A DNA stretch of 63,668 bases, filler included, from an uncultured Acidimicrobiia bacterium (GCA_964347285.1; 3 parts of 3 records of this genome joined end to end with filler, not necessarily neighbours in it); one strand, 5' to 3'. Positions 37,204 through 50,267 are shown, counted from the whole stretch's first letter. Numbers and translations are program-made. Notes: generated from the sequence alone by a model not told the origin.

Positions 37204-38268
37204 TCAGCCCTCCGAGCACCGGTGAGGGGACTGGATACCGGTGACGATCCCGTCGTCGTGCTCGGACGTCAGCGACCCCCACAGCAGCAAGCTGCCGTCG
37301 TCTCCGCTGCGCAGTTCGAAGGATGGGTAGCCGAGGCCGAGGTCGCCCAGGCGGAGATCGAATCCGGCGTAGATCGAACGCAGCTGCGCTACAGACTCGC
37401 CGAGCCGCAGGCCGCTCCGGGTGGCCAGTCCGGCGGCCGGATCACTCTCGGAGGTGAACGCGGTATCGAGTCGGTAGGAGTCGAACGTCTGGGCGCCGTC
37501 GATCTCCACCACGTTGAAGATCGCCAGCGTGCCCCAGCGCACCTCTCGCACCGGGGTCCCCGGACATTGTCCCCCCCGGCCGTCCCCCGGAATGGTGCCG
37601 GTGTCGGCATCCGGCTGGCCGAGGGAAGCGACCAGGCGCCCCACCACGACCGTCCCATCATCACCGATCGTCAGCGGACCGATGCCGGTGTCGAAAAGGC
37701 GCAAGTCATCGAGGGCAACCGGCTCGCCAACGGCTTCCAGTTGTGGGCCGGCGGTATCGGGAGGTGCCACCTCTGCGGTGGTTGGCGGGACCGATGTGGC
37801 GGCCGGTGGGGCCGGGGTGGTCGCCGGGTTCGTGGCGGTGGTCTGCGGGGTCAGGGGCGCGACGGTCGGTGAGGGTGATTGCGTGGTGGGCTCGCCGCTC
37901 CTGCCGATTGGAATGATCTCCGCCAGAAAGGCGCCGGTGGCGATGAGCGCCACGGCAATTGCCCCGATGGAGGCTCGGCGTTGCCAGGGCTTCGGTTTGG
38001 AGGTGTTCGGCACCGAGGCCGGGCGAGAGGGCGAGCGCTGTGGCGCTCGCAAGGACATCCCGTCGGTGGGAGACGGCGCTCCGGCTTGTGACGAGGGCGT
38101 CGGCCCGGAAGCTGCCGGGGGCCTGTCGTCGGTCGGAGTTTCCCCTTCCACGGGTCGGTCGGGTCCGGCGGTGGGCGCCGGCGTCCGCACGAAGCCGCAC
38201 CACGGGCAGGCCTCGACGTCGGAAGCGTGCCGGATCTCACATTGGGGGCAGGTGACGTGTGTGCTCAT
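37204..38268 (-). CDS. Zn-ribbon, TM helix, Thr/Pro linker and extracellular domain paralogous to 34889-35947
   Basis: N-terminal CPQC...CPWC; one TM helix; shared C-terminal domain. Confidence 0.78.
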   Translation of the reverse strand: MSTHVTCPQCEIRHASDVEACPWCGFVRTPAPTAGPDRPVEGETPTDDRPPAASGPTPSSQAGAPSPTDGMSLRAPQRSPSRPASVPNTSKPKPWQRRASIGAIAVALIATGAFLAEIIPIGRSGEPTTQSPSPTVAPLTPQTTATNPATTPAPPAATSVPPTTAEVAPPDTAGPQLEAVGEPVALDDLRLFDTGIGPLTIGDDGTVVVGRLVASLGQPDADTGTIPGDGRGGQCPGTPVREVRWGTLAIFNVVEIDGAQTFDSYRLDTAFTSESDPAAGLATRSGLRLGESVAQLRSIYAGFDLRLGDLGLGYPSFELRSGDDGSLLLWGSLTSEHDDGIVTGIQSPHRCSEG

Positions 38269-38294
38269 CGTTGCGCCGGGGGCGGCCGGTCATG

Positions 38295-40355
38295 TTAAGG
38301 ACCGGGGTGCGTTTCCACCGCATCGAGGCGGCGGCGCAGATCGCGAGGGTCTCCGGTGGGCACCTCGCAGGCGAATTGGCGGCACACGTAGGCCAGCGCC
38401 GGCCCACGATGCGGGGTGCGACCCTCGAGTATGGGGAGCCGAGAGGCGGCTCCGCCGTCGCCGTCGTCCAGGGCCAGGAACACGTCGGGGCGGAAGCGTT
38501 CCCAGATGACGCGACGCAGGGCCTCGGTGTCTTCGGATCCCGGTGTTCCGACCACCACCACCTCCTTGGGGTCGGCGGTCATCGTATGGAGCACCGCCAG
38601 TATGTGCCCGGCGGCACTCGGGTGCGACTCCATCAGCCGGCCGGTGCCGGCCAGAGTCCCCTCGAGCATCTCCCGGGCCCACGGCGCGGTGTCGTAATGG
38701 GCCAAGTGCAGCAGGACCTCGGCGGCCATTGCGTTGGCCGACGGCGTCGGATTGTCGGCGACGTCTTTGGGCCGGGCGACGAGTGCCGGGACGTCGACCC
38801 CGGTCGAGAAGAACCCGCCGGCGGGATCGGCGAACAGGGCCACCATGTCGTCGACCAGTGTCCGGGCATGGTCGAACCAGGCGAGCTCGCCGGTCGCCTG
38901 GTACAGGGCCAGCAGCCCGAGGGCGTAGGAGGCATAGTCCTCGCAGAAGCCGGCCACCCCGCCGGCACCGTCACGCCAGGAACGCAGCAGCCGGCCGTCC
39001 TTTCGCCGGAGCGCTTCGAGAATGAAGCGGGCGTTGGCCCGGGCGGCCTCGAGGTAGCGGTGGTTACCGAGCACGGCTCCCGCCTCTGCGAATGCCCGCA
39101 GGGCAAGACCGTTCCATGCCGTGACGACCTTGTCGTCGAGCCCGGGCCGGACCCGGCGATTGCGGTGGTGGAGGAGGGCCGCCTTGGCCCGGTCCACCGC
39201 GGCCCTGGCCGCGGCAGGAGCGAGGCCGAGCTCGCCCGCCACCTCGTCGATGGGCCGTGCCGTCCGCAGCACGTTGGCGCCCTCGAAGTTCCCTTCGTCG
39301 GTCACCCCGAAGCGCAGGGCGGCCGCCGGTCCGTCGGCGGGGCCGGCGGCGGCCCAGAACTCATCGCGGCTCCATACGTAGAACCGACCCTCCTCCCCCT
39401 CGCTGTCGGCATCCTCTGCCGAGGCCAGGCCGCCGTCGGGAAGGGCGAGATCGCGCAGCATGTACTCGATGGTTTCCACTGCGACCCGGCGCAGGTCCTC
39501 GGCCCCGGTCAGTTGCCAGGCGCGTAGGTAGAGGCGGGCCAGGAGGGCGTTGTCGTAGAGCATCTTCTCGAAGTGGGGAACCAGCCACTGGGCGTCGACG
39601 GCGTAACGGGCGAACCCACCGCCCAGCTGGTCGTAGATGCCTCCTGCGGCCATCGCCTCGAGGGTCGCCGTCAGCATCGAGGTCGCTTCGGGAGCGAATT
39701 CGGCTCCGGCAATTCGCAGCAGGAACTCCAGGGTGGGCGCCTGGGGGAACTTGGGCGCTCCGCCGAACCCGCCGTGGTGCGGATCGAAGGCCGCGGCCAC
39801 CGCCCGGTAGGCGGTAGGGAGGATGTCGGTGCCGGGAGTCTCGTCGGCGGGAGGCAGAGAGCGACTGATGGCCTCGGTCAGCTGCCGGGCCTGCTGCTCG
39901 ACCTGATCCCGGCGCTGTTCCCAGGCGTCGGACACCGCCGCCATAACCCGCCGGAAGGAGGGCAGGCCGCCCCGGTCCTCTTCCGGGAAGTAGGTGCCGG
40001 CATAGAAGGGCCGGCCCGCCGGCGTCAGGAAGACCGTCATCGGCCAGCCGCCCCGCCCGGTCATCGCCTGGACGGCGTCCATGTAGATCCGGTCGACGTC
40101 GGGCCGCTCTTCGCGATCTACTTTGACGTTCACGAAGGAACGATTCATGACCTGGGCCGTGGCGTGGTCTTCGAACGACTCGTGCGCCATGACGTGGCAC
40201 CAATGGCAAGAGGAGTAGCCGACCGACAGCAGGATGGGCCGGTCTCGCGCCCGGGCGACGGCAAAGGCCTCCTCGCCCCACTCGTGCCAATCGACGGGGT
40301 TGTCGGCGTGCTGGAGCAGGTAGGGGCTGGTGGCGTTGGCGAGACGGTTGGACAT
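38295..40355 (-). CDS. Thioredoxin-domain protein, YyaL/SPATA20 (DUF255) family
   Basis: '[21 protein letters not shown]', '[12 protein letters not shown]', '[12 protein letters not shown]'. Confidence 0.93.
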   Translation of the reverse strand: MSNRLANATSPYLLQHADNPVDWHEWGEEAFAVARARDRPILLSVGYSSCHWCHVMAHESFEDHATAQVMNRSFVNVKVDREERPDVDRIYMDAVQAMTGRGGWPMTVFLTPAGRPFYAGTYFPEEDRGGLPSFRRVMAAVSDAWEQRRDQVEQQARQLTEAISRSLPPADETPGTDILPTAYRAVAAAFDPHHGGFGGAPKFPQAPTLEFLLRIAGAEFAPEATSMLTATLEAMAAGGIYDQLGGGFARYAVDAQWLVPHFEKMLYDNALLARLYLRAWQLTGAEDLRRVAVETIEYMLRDLALPDGGLASAEDADSEGEEGRFYVWSRDEFWAAAGPADGPAAALRFGVTDEGNFEGANVLRTARPIDEVAGELGLAPAAARAAVDRAKAALLHHRNRRVRPGLDDKVVTAWNGLALRAFAEAGAVLGNHRYLEAARANARFILEALRRKDGRLLRSWRDGAGGVAGFCEDYASYALGLLALYQATGELAWFDHARTLVDDMVALFADPAGGFFSTGVDVPALVARPKDVADNPTPSANAMAAEVLLHLAHYDTAPWAREMLEGTLAGTGRLMESHPSAAGHILAVLHTMTADPKEVVVVGTPGSEDTEALRRVIWERFRPDVFLALDDGDGGAASRLPILEGRTPHRGPALAYVCRQFACEVPTGDPRDLRRRLDAVETHPGP

Positions 40356-40617
40356 GGCCGAGGGGCGGGCATGGTACTGGGGAGAAGTGGCCCGTCATTA
40401 CCCACAGCGCCCTGGGGAGTATTGGGTTGCCGCCTCGCGAAACCGAAACTCTACGGGCCCGTCGGTCGATGTTATCCACTATCGTTTGTGCACAAAGCTG
40501 TTGGCAAGAGGGGGGTTCACAAGGCCCGGGTTTTGTGTAATAGTGAACCGGACCCGAGCTTGTGAAACGGCGCGCAAGCTGGTTCCGGCAACCCATCCAG
40601 GCAAGAGGCTCATCCGC

Positions 40618-41586
40618 ATGACAGTGATTGGCAAGTCGCAACGCGAGCGCGACCGCAACAAGCTGACCGATGAACGGGGGCGGTTGACCACCGACCTCGT
40701 CAGCCAGTACCTCACGGCCATCGGAGAATACGACCTGCTCACCGCCGAGCAGGAAGTCGAGTTCGCCCAGAAGATCGAAGGCGGCGAGGACGCTCAAATA
40801 CGGCTCGACCGCAAAGACTACGAGAGCCGCACCGAGATGACCCAGCTGCAGCGCAAGGTGCGGCAGGGCCAGATGGCCAAGGACGCCTTCCTCACCGCCA
40901 ACCTTCGCCTTGTCGTGGCGAATGCACGACGCTACGCCAACACGTCGGGAATCGATTTCCTCGATCTCATCCAGGAGGGGAACCTCGGATTGATCCGTGC
41001 CGTCGAGAAATTCGACTGGCGCAAGGGCTTCAAGTTTTCGACTTACGCCACCTGGTGGATTCGCCAAGCGATCACGCGCGCCATCGCCGACAAGTCGCGG
41101 ACCGTGCGGATCCCCGTGCACCTCCATGACACGCTGGCCGCGGTGCGGGCCGCCCAGGCAAGCCTCAAGGCGGAGCTGGGCCGCGACCCCAAACCCGAGG
41201 AGATCGCCGAGGAGGCGGGCGTCACCGTCGACAAGGTGGAGCTGGCCCTCGGTGTCGCCGACACGGTCTCGCTCGAACAGCCGGTCGGCGAAGACGGAGC
41301 GCAGCTCGGCGACTTCATCGAGGACGAAGAGGCGATCGATCCGGTTCGGGTCACCGAGGAGCTGGACATCGCCGACAGCTTGCGTCGCTCGATCGATCGC
41401 CTCCCGACCCGGGAAGGGCGCATCCTCGGTCTTCGCTACGGCTTCCACGACGGAGTGCCGCGCACCCTCGAAGAGATAGGCGAGGAGTTCAACCTGACCC
41501 GAGAGCGGATCCGCCAGCTCGAGAAGCTGGCGCTGTGCCGGTTGCGCCACCCGTCGTTCGGTATTCGGGAGCAGGACCTGGCCTGA
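40618..41586 (+). CDS. Sigma-70 family factor, RpoD-like without region 1.1 (group 2-like)
   Basis: 'ANLRLVV', '[18 protein letters not shown]', '[14 protein letters not shown]', 'TRERIRQLE'. Confidence 0.92.
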   Translation: MTVIGKSQRERDRNKLTDERGRLTTDLVSQYLTAIGEYDLLTAEQEVEFAQKIEGGEDAQIRLDRKDYESRTEMTQLQRKVRQGQMAKDAFLTANLRLVVANARRYANTSGIDFLDLIQEGNLGLIRAVEKFDWRKGFKFSTYATWWIRQAITRAIADKSRTVRIPVHLHDTLAAVRAAQASLKAELGRDPKPEEIAEEAGVTVDKVELALGVADTVSLEQPVGEDGAQLGDFIEDEEAIDPVRVTEELDIADSLRRSIDRLPTREGRILGLRYGFHDGVPRTLEEIGEEFNLTRERIRQLEKLALCRLRHPSFGIREQDLA

Positions 41587-41606
41587 CGAGATCCCCTTGC
41601 ATACCG

Positions 41607-41640
41607 CGTCACCGCCCTCCTTCGCGGGGGGCGGTGACGC
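41607..41640 (+). terminator. Hairpin after the sigma factor gene
   Basis: GCGTCACCGCCCTCC...GGGGGGCGGTGACGC. Confidence 0.55.
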
Positions 41641-41689
41641 GTCGGGAGGTAGCGCCTTCCGCTACCCTTTCGCGCAACTGGGGAGGGTC

Positions 41690-42064
41690 ATGCATCTGGG
41701 AGCTCTCGTCGGCGGCGGCAGTGAGGTCATCGGCCGTGAAGCCAGCCTCGAGCAGGCCGCCCACACCCTGATCGAGCACGGAATCGGAAGCCTGGCGGTC
41801 ATCGATGGGCGAGCCCTCGTGGGCATCATCACCGAACGCGACATTGTGCGGGCCGTGGCCAAAGACGCCGATCCGGCGGAAGAGGTAGTCGGGGATTGGA
41901 TGACCGAAGCTCCAGATACCGTCCCTCCCGACGTCGATGTGGAGGAAGCTGCCGCCTGGTTGCTCGAGATGGGCTACCGGCATCTACCGGTCATGGAAGA
42001 GGACGAGCTCCTCGGCATCGTCAGCATGCGCGACCTGCTGTGGGCCATCACCTCGGAGGCCTAG
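41690..42064 (+). CDS. CBS-domain pair protein
   Basis: 'LVGIITERDIV', 'RHLPV...LLGIVSMRDL'; GGAGG RBS. Confidence 0.9.
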   Translation: MHLGALVGGGSEVIGREASLEQAAHTLIEHGIGSLAVIDGRALVGIITERDIVRAVAKDADPAEEVVGDWMTEAPDTVPPDVDVEEAAAWLLEMGYRHLPVMEEDELLGIVSMRDLLWAITSEA

Positions 42065-42098
42065 GACGGACCGCCCGCCTCCGACCACGTAGTACCCC

Positions 42099-44474
42099 TC
42101 ACTCGACCGGAATCCACACCACCGCCAGTTCGTCGATGTGGACGTCGGTCTTTTCCAGCCCCACGTCGAACGGCTCGATCTCTGCTGCCTTTTTCTCCCA
42201 GGCGTCATTGATCTCGGCGATTTCGTCGACGACTTCCTCCTCGAGACTTTCGACATCGGCGATCTTGTCGGCGAGCTTGGCTTCGGCGGTCTTCATGCGC
42301 TGTTCGGTGCGCCTCGTCTGGGAGCGTCGGCGGCCCGCCCTGCTGATGGAACGAGTACCGTGCCTGCCACCGAGCAGGCCACCGAGCAGGCTGCCCAATC
42401 CATCGAGGACCTCCTCTTGCCTCCTGGTGGTGACGTCGGTCTGGAGCTCCTGCAGGCGCAGCTCGGCGGCGGCCGCCTGATCGCGCAGCCGCTCCAGCTT
42501 CGCCTCGAACCGGTCCCGCATCTTGGCCGTTTCCTCGTCGGCCTTCTCCTGGGCCGCTCGATCGCAGCGTTCCCTGAACTCCTCCTCGGTCTCGCCGACG
42601 CGCGAGTAGAGGTCGAGGTGGGTATTGCGGAGCACTCCCACGCTCCGGTTGCGGTAGAGGTGCTCTTTCAGTTCCCGCTTGGCCTCGGTGAAGTAGGTCG
42701 ACTCGTCGAGCGGCACTTCGGTCAGGCGATAGAGGGCGCCTTGCGGGGCCTGGTCCCGAAAATCACGCTCGTCGTAGTCAACCGGGATGGCGGCGTCGGG
42801 GTCGAAGTGCACTTCGAGCGGGAAGAACACGGCCTCCCACTCCTCTTTGTGGCTCAGATCGGCGGCGGTGTCGTCGAAGAGAAGCTGGACCCGGGCGGCC
42901 AGGCCCGGAGCCAAGCGGGTCCCACCGGATCGGCCGCCCACCTCCTCCGTCCACGGAGCGGCCGGATCCACGAAGTACACCGGCACACGGCCGTGGACGG
43001 CCGGGGCCATGGGGCTTTCGTCGGCCGAGGGCGCCGGGGGGGCCTCTGCCGCTGCCGGGGCCGGGTAGGCGGCCCGGCGCATGGCAGGCGAGTCTTCGGT
43101 CAGGTCGGCTATCTGCTCCTTCGTCAACGGTCCCCGCAGGTACGACATCGCCCAGCGGGTGGCGAAGATGGTCGGCTCCTTGGCCCCCGCCTGGTGGAGG
43201 AGGAACTGGCGCTTGTCGAGGCCGGAGATGGTGGCGTCGAGATCGCCGATGTCCACGTCGCCGCTGGCCGATGTCAGCCCCTCGAGGATGCGGGCCTTGT
43301 CCCGCTCCGTCTGGAGCCGGCCGACGCACCAGGTGCCGGCGTTGGACATGGCCTTGTAGTCGAGGTCCACCGGGTTCTGGGTGGACAGCAACATTCCCAC
43401 TCCGAAGGCCCTGGCCTGCTTGAGAAGGGTGAGGATCGGCTTCTTGGCGGGCGGCTGGGCCGTGGGCGGGGCGAAGCCGAACACCTCGTCCATGTACACC
43501 AGTGCTCGGAGTTCGCCGGAGCCGCTCTGGGTTCTCATCCAGGTCACCACCTTCGACAGCACCAGGGTGACGATGAACTGGCGCTCTTCGTCCGATAGGT
43601 GGGCGAGGTAGAGGATGGCGGCCCGGGGCCGGCCCTCCTCGTCCCACAGCAGCGACGCCACATCGAGCGGTGGACCGGCCATCCAGGCTGCGAACGAGGG
43701 GGATGCGATCAGACCGTTGAGCTTCATCGACAGCTCGACTCGATCCTTGGAGGGAAAGAAACCCTCGACGTCGAACACGCCGAGCTTCCGGATGGGGGGC
43801 TCCTGGACTTCGCCGAGCAGCGTGGCTAGATCGAGGTCGTTGCCTTTCTGCCAGGCGTGGGCGATCAGGTTGGCCAGCAGGATGTGTTCGCGACTCGTGA
43901 GGGGATCGGCATCGATGCCGGCCAGGCCGAGCAGGCCGGAGACGAAACCTTCGATTTCATCACCGAGTGTCTCGGCATTCTCGTCCCAGGCCAGCTCCGG
44001 GGCGGCCAGCGAACCGACGATGTTGAGTGGTACCCCGGACTCGGAGCCGGGGGTGTAGATGGTGAACTCGGCGCCGTCCCGCAGGGCGCGCATCTGTTCG
44101 CCGCCGAGGTTCCATGAAGCCAGGCCGTTGCTCCACCGTTCCGCGGTCTCCGACGCCAGCTCGTCGGGTGTCTTGTCCTCCTTGCGGGCCTCGCTCTCGT
44201 CGATCCAGGGCCGGAAGTCCTCGGGGCGGAGCTCCGGGAAGTTGAGGAGGAGGTTGGTCATGTCCCCCTTGGGATCGAGGATGAGAGTGGGAACTCCGGC
44301 CCGCAGCGCCTCTTCGAGGTAGATGATTCCCAGACCCGTCTTGCCCGAGCCGGTCATACCGACGATCACGCCGTGTGTGGTCAGATCGCTCGGGTCGTAA
44401 AAGACGAGCTCGTCGCCCCGCTCCCCACTCTGTGGGTCGACGACCCCGCCCAGGTACAAGCCGTTGGCGGCCAT
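42099..44474 (-). CDS. HerA/FtsK-superfamily P-loop ATPase (DUF87/DUF853-like) with C-terminal coiled coil
   Basis: 'THGVIVGMTGSGKT', 'ILDPKGD', 'VYMDE', 'ARAFGVG...STQNP'. Confidence 0.85.
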   Translation of the reverse strand: MAANGLYLGGVVDPQSGERGDELVFYDPSDLTTHGVIVGMTGSGKTGLGIIYLEEALRAGVPTLILDPKGDMTNLLLNFPELRPEDFRPWIDESEARKEDKTPDELASETAERWSNGLASWNLGGEQMRALRDGAEFTIYTPGSESGVPLNIVGSLAAPELAWDENAETLGDEIEGFVSGLLGLAGIDADPLTSREHILLANLIAHAWQKGNDLDLATLLGEVQEPPIRKLGVFDVEGFFPSKDRVELSMKLNGLIASPSFAAWMAGPPLDVASLLWDEEGRPRAAILYLAHLSDEERQFIVTLVLSKVVTWMRTQSGSGELRALVYMDEVFGFAPPTAQPPAKKPILTLLKQARAFGVGMLLSTQNPVDLDYKAMSNAGTWCVGRLQTERDKARILEGLTSASGDVDIGDLDATISGLDKRQFLLHQAGAKEPTIFATRWAMSYLRGPLTKEQIADLTEDSPAMRRAAYPAPAAAEAPPAPSADESPMAPAVHGRVPVYFVDPAAPWTEEVGGRSGGTRLAPGLAARVQLLFDDTAADLSHKEEWEAVFFPLEVHFDPDAAIPVDYDERDFRDQAPQGALYRLTEVPLDESTYFTEAKRELKEHLYRNRSVGVLRNTHLDLYSRVGETEEEFRERCDRAAQEKADEETAKMRDRFEAKLERLRDQAAAAELRLQELQTDVTTRRQEEVLDGLGSLLGGLLGGRHGTRSISRAGRRRSQTRRTEQRMKTAEAKLADKIADVESLEEEVVDEIAEINDAWEKKAAEIEPFDVGLEKTDVHIDELAVVWIPVE

Positions 44475-44530
44475 GTCAGTGTCTCCGGGGGTCGAATCCG
44501 GAGCAAGTGTAGGGAACCGAGCGCTGCGGC

Positions 44531-45070
44531 TCAGCCCGGCAAGCGGCGGGCGATCTGTGCCACCGCTTCGTCCACGCCGTCCACGCAGGTGACCAGTGAA
44601 GCATCGGCTCCGACGAGCTCGGAGAGGTCGGACACCACCCGGCGCCATACCTCGCCCACGGCGACCACCGGCTTGGCAGGACGACCGCTGAAAGGGGCGA
44701 CGAAGGCCAGGTTCCATGCCACCATCAGCTCGGTCAGCGTTCCGATGCTTCCCGGCAGGGCGATCGACGCGTCGGACCCCTCCACCAGCTCGTGGTAGCG
44801 GTCGATGAGGCCGGCGGCCGGGCGTTCTTCGGTGAGGAACGGGTTGGGACCGGACCGGTTCGGGAAGACCGAGGGGGCGGTGACGCCGATGACGGTGCCG
44901 GCTGCGTCACGCGCGCCGGCAGAGACCGCCTCCATGAGTCCGCCGTAGCCACCCGTGGCCACCGCGAAGCCGGCCTCGGCCAGCAGTCGCCCGACGCGGC
45001 GACCGTCCTCGTAGTCGGGATCTCCCGGAACGACGGCTGAGGAGCCCAGGACGGCCACCACGCGACTCAT
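44531..45070 (-). CDS. LOG family nucleotide-binding protein
   Basis: 'TGGYGGLMEAVS', 'LPGSIGTLTEL'. Confidence 0.88.
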   Translation of the reverse strand: MSRVVAVLGSSAVVPGDPDYEDGRRVGRLLAEAGFAVATGGYGGLMEAVSAGARDAAGTVIGVTAPSVFPNRSGPNPFLTEERPAAGLIDRYHELVEGSDASIALPGSIGTLTELMVAWNLAFVAPFSGRPAKPVVAVGEVWRRVVSDLSELVGADASLVTCVDGVDEAVAQIARRLPG

Positions 45071-45116
45071 CGCCGGCAGGGTAATTCGCACCACTCCGGT
45101 CGGGCTCCGTCGGCGC

Positions 45117-47396
<2,280 letters not shown>

Positions 47397-47539
47397 CGGC
47401 TGCTCCTTTTCTCTCAGGGCCAGCCTATGGCGCCCGCTCCGACTGCCGAAATCCCGCCGCCGGATCGACTCGGCGACGACTGCTTCAGTCGCCGGACACC
47501 GCTCGGAAGGCCATGCGGCTCTGGGGGTAGGCTGGCCCG

Positions 47540-48454
47540 GTGCCGATCGTGGACGCCTCCTGGCCCAGGGCCGACGAGTGGCTCGGCTCCGGCTCGTCCA
47601 ATCCGCGGCTCGCGGTGATCGGCGTACCCACGTCCGTAGGGTCGCTCACGCCGTCGGAGGGGTGGCGCACTCCCGGGCGATTTCGGGAGGTCCTGGCCCG
47701 TTTCAGCACCTACGACGGGGAGCACGACGCCGATCTGGAGGATCTGCCGGTCGTAGACGGAGGCGACTGGGAGTTGGCCGGCCTCGACCTGGACGAATCG
47801 CTGGCAACGGTCGCTCGGCTCGCCTCAGAACTCGATCGCAGTCGCACCCACGCGTTCATCGGCGGAGACAACGCCATCACCCGCCCCCTGGTCGGTGCCC
47901 TCGCCGGCGACGGGCTGGCCGGGACCGGGGTGCTCACGTTCGACGCCCATCACGACGTGCGCCTCCTGGATGCCGGTCCTACCAACGGAACGCCGATTCG
48001 CGGCCTCGTGGAGGACGGGCTCCCGGGGAGGCAGGTCGTCCAGGTGGGCATCCAGTCCTTCGCCAATTCGGCGGCCTACCGGGCCTACTGCCGGCGCACC
48101 GGCATCGGCGTGGTCACGATGGGGGAGGTGGCGGCGCGAGGGATCGAAGCGGTGGTGGCCGAATGCCTCGACTACCTGGCCCAGCGCAGCCAGTGGATCT
48201 ATGTCGACTTCGACATCGACGTGTTGGATCGTGCGTTCGCTCCCGGGTGCCCGGGATCCCGGCCGGGGGGAATGACTCCCCGCCAGCTGGGCGCCGGGGC
48301 CCGGCTGTGTGGGGCCCATCCGGCGGTCCGGGCCGCCGACTTCGTCGAGGTCGATCCGGCTCGCGACCACGACGATCTCACGGTGATGAGCCTGGCGGCT
48401 ACGTTCCTGGCCTTTGCCGCCGGCCTGGCCACGCGCGAGAGCATTGATGGCTGA
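47540..48454 (+). CDS. hutG: Arginase-family formimidoylglutamase
   Basis: 'GGDNA', 'FDAHHD', 'DFDIDV..AFAPG', 'VEVDP'; directly upstream of hutH. Confidence 0.8.
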   Translation: MPIVDASWPRADEWLGSGSSNPRLAVIGVPTSVGSLTPSEGWRTPGRFREVLARFSTYDGEHDADLEDLPVVDGGDWELAGLDLDESLATVARLASELDRSRTHAFIGGDNAITRPLVGALAGDGLAGTGVLTFDAHHDVRLLDAGPTNGTPIRGLVEDGLPGRQVVQVGIQSFANSAAYRAYCRRTGIGVVTMGEVAARGIEAVVAECLDYLAQRSQWIYVDFDIDVLDRAFAPGCPGSRPGGMTPRQLGAGARLCGAHPAVRAADFVEVDPARDHDDLTVMSLAATFLAFAAGLATRESIDG

Positions 48455-49991
48455 GCGGACCGTCGTCGTGGACGGGGGCCCGCTGGGCCCGGGAGACGTG
48501 ATCGACGTCGCTCATCGGCGGGCCCGCGTCGCGCTGGCGCCGTCGGTGGCGGAGGGCATGGAGTCGGCCCGTGCCGTCGTGGAGCGGGCCGTCGAGGAGG
48601 GACGCACCGTGTACGGGGTCACCACCGGCTTCGGAGGCCTGTCTTCGACCCGCATCGACCGGCGCGATTCTGAGCAGCTCCAGGTCTCCTTGCTTCGTTC
48701 CCACGCCACCGGCGTAGGAGCCCGGCTCCCCGACGAGCTGGTGCGAGCCATGATGCTGCTGCGGGCCCGGACCCTGGCTCAGGGCCATTCCGGGGTGCGT
48801 CCCCTCGTCGTCGAGCGGCTCATCGAGCTCCTCAACCGCGACCTGCTCCCGGACGTGCCCGCCCAGGGTTCGGTGGGCGCCTCGGGAGATCTGGCGCCGT
48901 TCGCCCATTTGGCGCTGCCGCTGATCGGCGAGGGGTCGCTCCTCGAGCGGGGCATCTCGGCCCCGGCCGCCGAGGTCCTGGATCGCCACGGGCTGGCGCC
49001 GATCAGGCTGGCCCCCAAGGAGGGGCTGAGCCTCCTCAACGGCACGGAGGGGATGCTGTCGTACGGAGTCCTAGGCCTGGAGAGGGCGCGCCGCATCGCG
49101 GTGGCAGCGGACGCGGCATGCGCCCTGTCGGTGGAGGCCCTGTTGGCCAGCGCCCGGCCATTCGAAGCCCGGGTGCACGCGTTGCGGCCCCATCCCGGCC
49201 AGCAGACCTCGGCGGCCAACCTGACTCGATTGCTGGAGGGCTCCGAGATCGTGGCCAGCCACCGCGACGACTTCGTCCATGCCGTGCAGGATGCCTACAG
49301 CCTGCGCTGTGCGCCCCAGGTCCATGGGGCGGCCCGAGACACCATCGAGTTTGCTGCAGCCACGTTCGATCGGGAGCTCGGTTCGGTGGTGGACAACCCG
49401 CTGGTGTTTCCCGAAGCGGGGGAGTTCGTGTCGGGAGGCAATTTCCACGGCCAGCCATTGGCCTTCGCCAACGACTTCATGACGATCGCCGTGGCCGAGC
49501 TGTCGAGCATCTCCGAACGCCGAATCGACCGTATTCTCGATCCAGAGCGCTCGGCCGGGCTGCCGCCCTTCCTGGCGGTCCGGCCCGGCCTGGAGTCGGG
49601 GATGATGCTGGCCCAGTACACCGCCGCCGCGCTCGTGGGCGAGAACCGAATTCTCAGTCATCCGGCATCGGTGGAGAGCATCCCTACTTCGGGGAGCCAG
49701 GAAGATCACGTGTCGATGGGCTGGGGAGCGGGCCGCAAGCTGTGGGAGGTGCTGGCCAACGCCTCCCGGGTGGTGGCGATCGAGCTGATCGCCGCCGCCG
49801 AGGGCATCGGGCATCGGGCCCCACTTCGTCCGGCGCCGGGCACCGGGGCGGTGGTGACGGCGCTGCGCCGCGAGGTGGCGCCGCTCACCGAGGACCGGCC
49901 CCTCGGGCCCGACATCGAAGCGGTGGCCCGGCTCGTCGACGACCGGACTCTGGTGACCGCCGCAGAGGAGTCGGTGGGCGCGCTCGCTTGA
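48447..49991 (+). CDS. hutH: Histidine ammonia-lyase
   Basis: 'VYGVTTGFG', MIO motif 'GSVGASGDL', 'QDAYSLRC', 'QEDHVSMG'. Confidence 0.95.
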   Translation: MAERTVVVDGGPLGPGDVIDVAHRRARVALAPSVAEGMESARAVVERAVEEGRTVYGVTTGFGGLSSTRIDRRDSEQLQVSLLRSHATGVGARLPDELVRAMMLLRARTLAQGHSGVRPLVVERLIELLNRDLLPDVPAQGSVGASGDLAPFAHLALPLIGEGSLLERGISAPAAEVLDRHGLAPIRLAPKEGLSLLNGTEGMLSYGVLGLERARRIAVAADAACALSVEALLASARPFEARVHALRPHPGQQTSAANLTRLLEGSEIVASHRDDFVHAVQDAYSLRCAPQVHGAARDTIEFAAATFDRELGSVVDNPLVFPEAGEFVSGGNFHGQPLAFANDFMTIAVAELSSISERRIDRILDPERSAGLPPFLAVRPGLESGMMLAQYTAAALVGENRILSHPASVESIPTSGSQEDHVSMGWGAGRKLWEVLANASRVVAIELIAAAEGIGHRAPLRPAPGTGAVVTALRREVAPLTEDRPLGPDIEAVARLVDDRTLVTAAEESVGALA

Positions 49992-50033
49992 GCCCCTCTA
50001 CCATTCGCCTGTAACCGACAAAGGAGCGCGCCA

Positions 50034-50243
50034 ATGGGATTCATGGACACACTCAAGAAGTGGTTCGGCTCGGCCAAGGAAACGGCCGGCGATCTCACCG
50101 AGAAAGCCGGGGATGTGGCCGGCGAAGCCTGGGACAAGACCAAGGACGTGGCCGGCGATGTCGTGGACAAGACCAAGGACGTGGCCGGCGATGTCATGGA
50201 CAAGGTCAAGGGCGAGGACGAGGAGGAGGGCGGCCAGCAGTAG
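50034..50243 (+). CDS. Small hydrophilic 11-mer repeat protein (LEA/CsbD-like)
   Basis: AAGGAG RBS; DKTKDVAGDV repeats; 33-bp DNA period. Confidence 0.75.
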   Translation: MGFMDTLKKWFGSAKETAGDLTEKAGDVAGEAWDKTKDVAGDVVDKTKDVAGDVMDKVKGEDEEEGGQQ

Positions 50244-50267
50244 CCGTCCCTCCGAGTGATGCACAGT

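Noticed and set aside
42099..44474. HerA-like ATPase as an anti-phage system
   Set aside because: No nuclease or Sir2 partner, and the context is housekeeping
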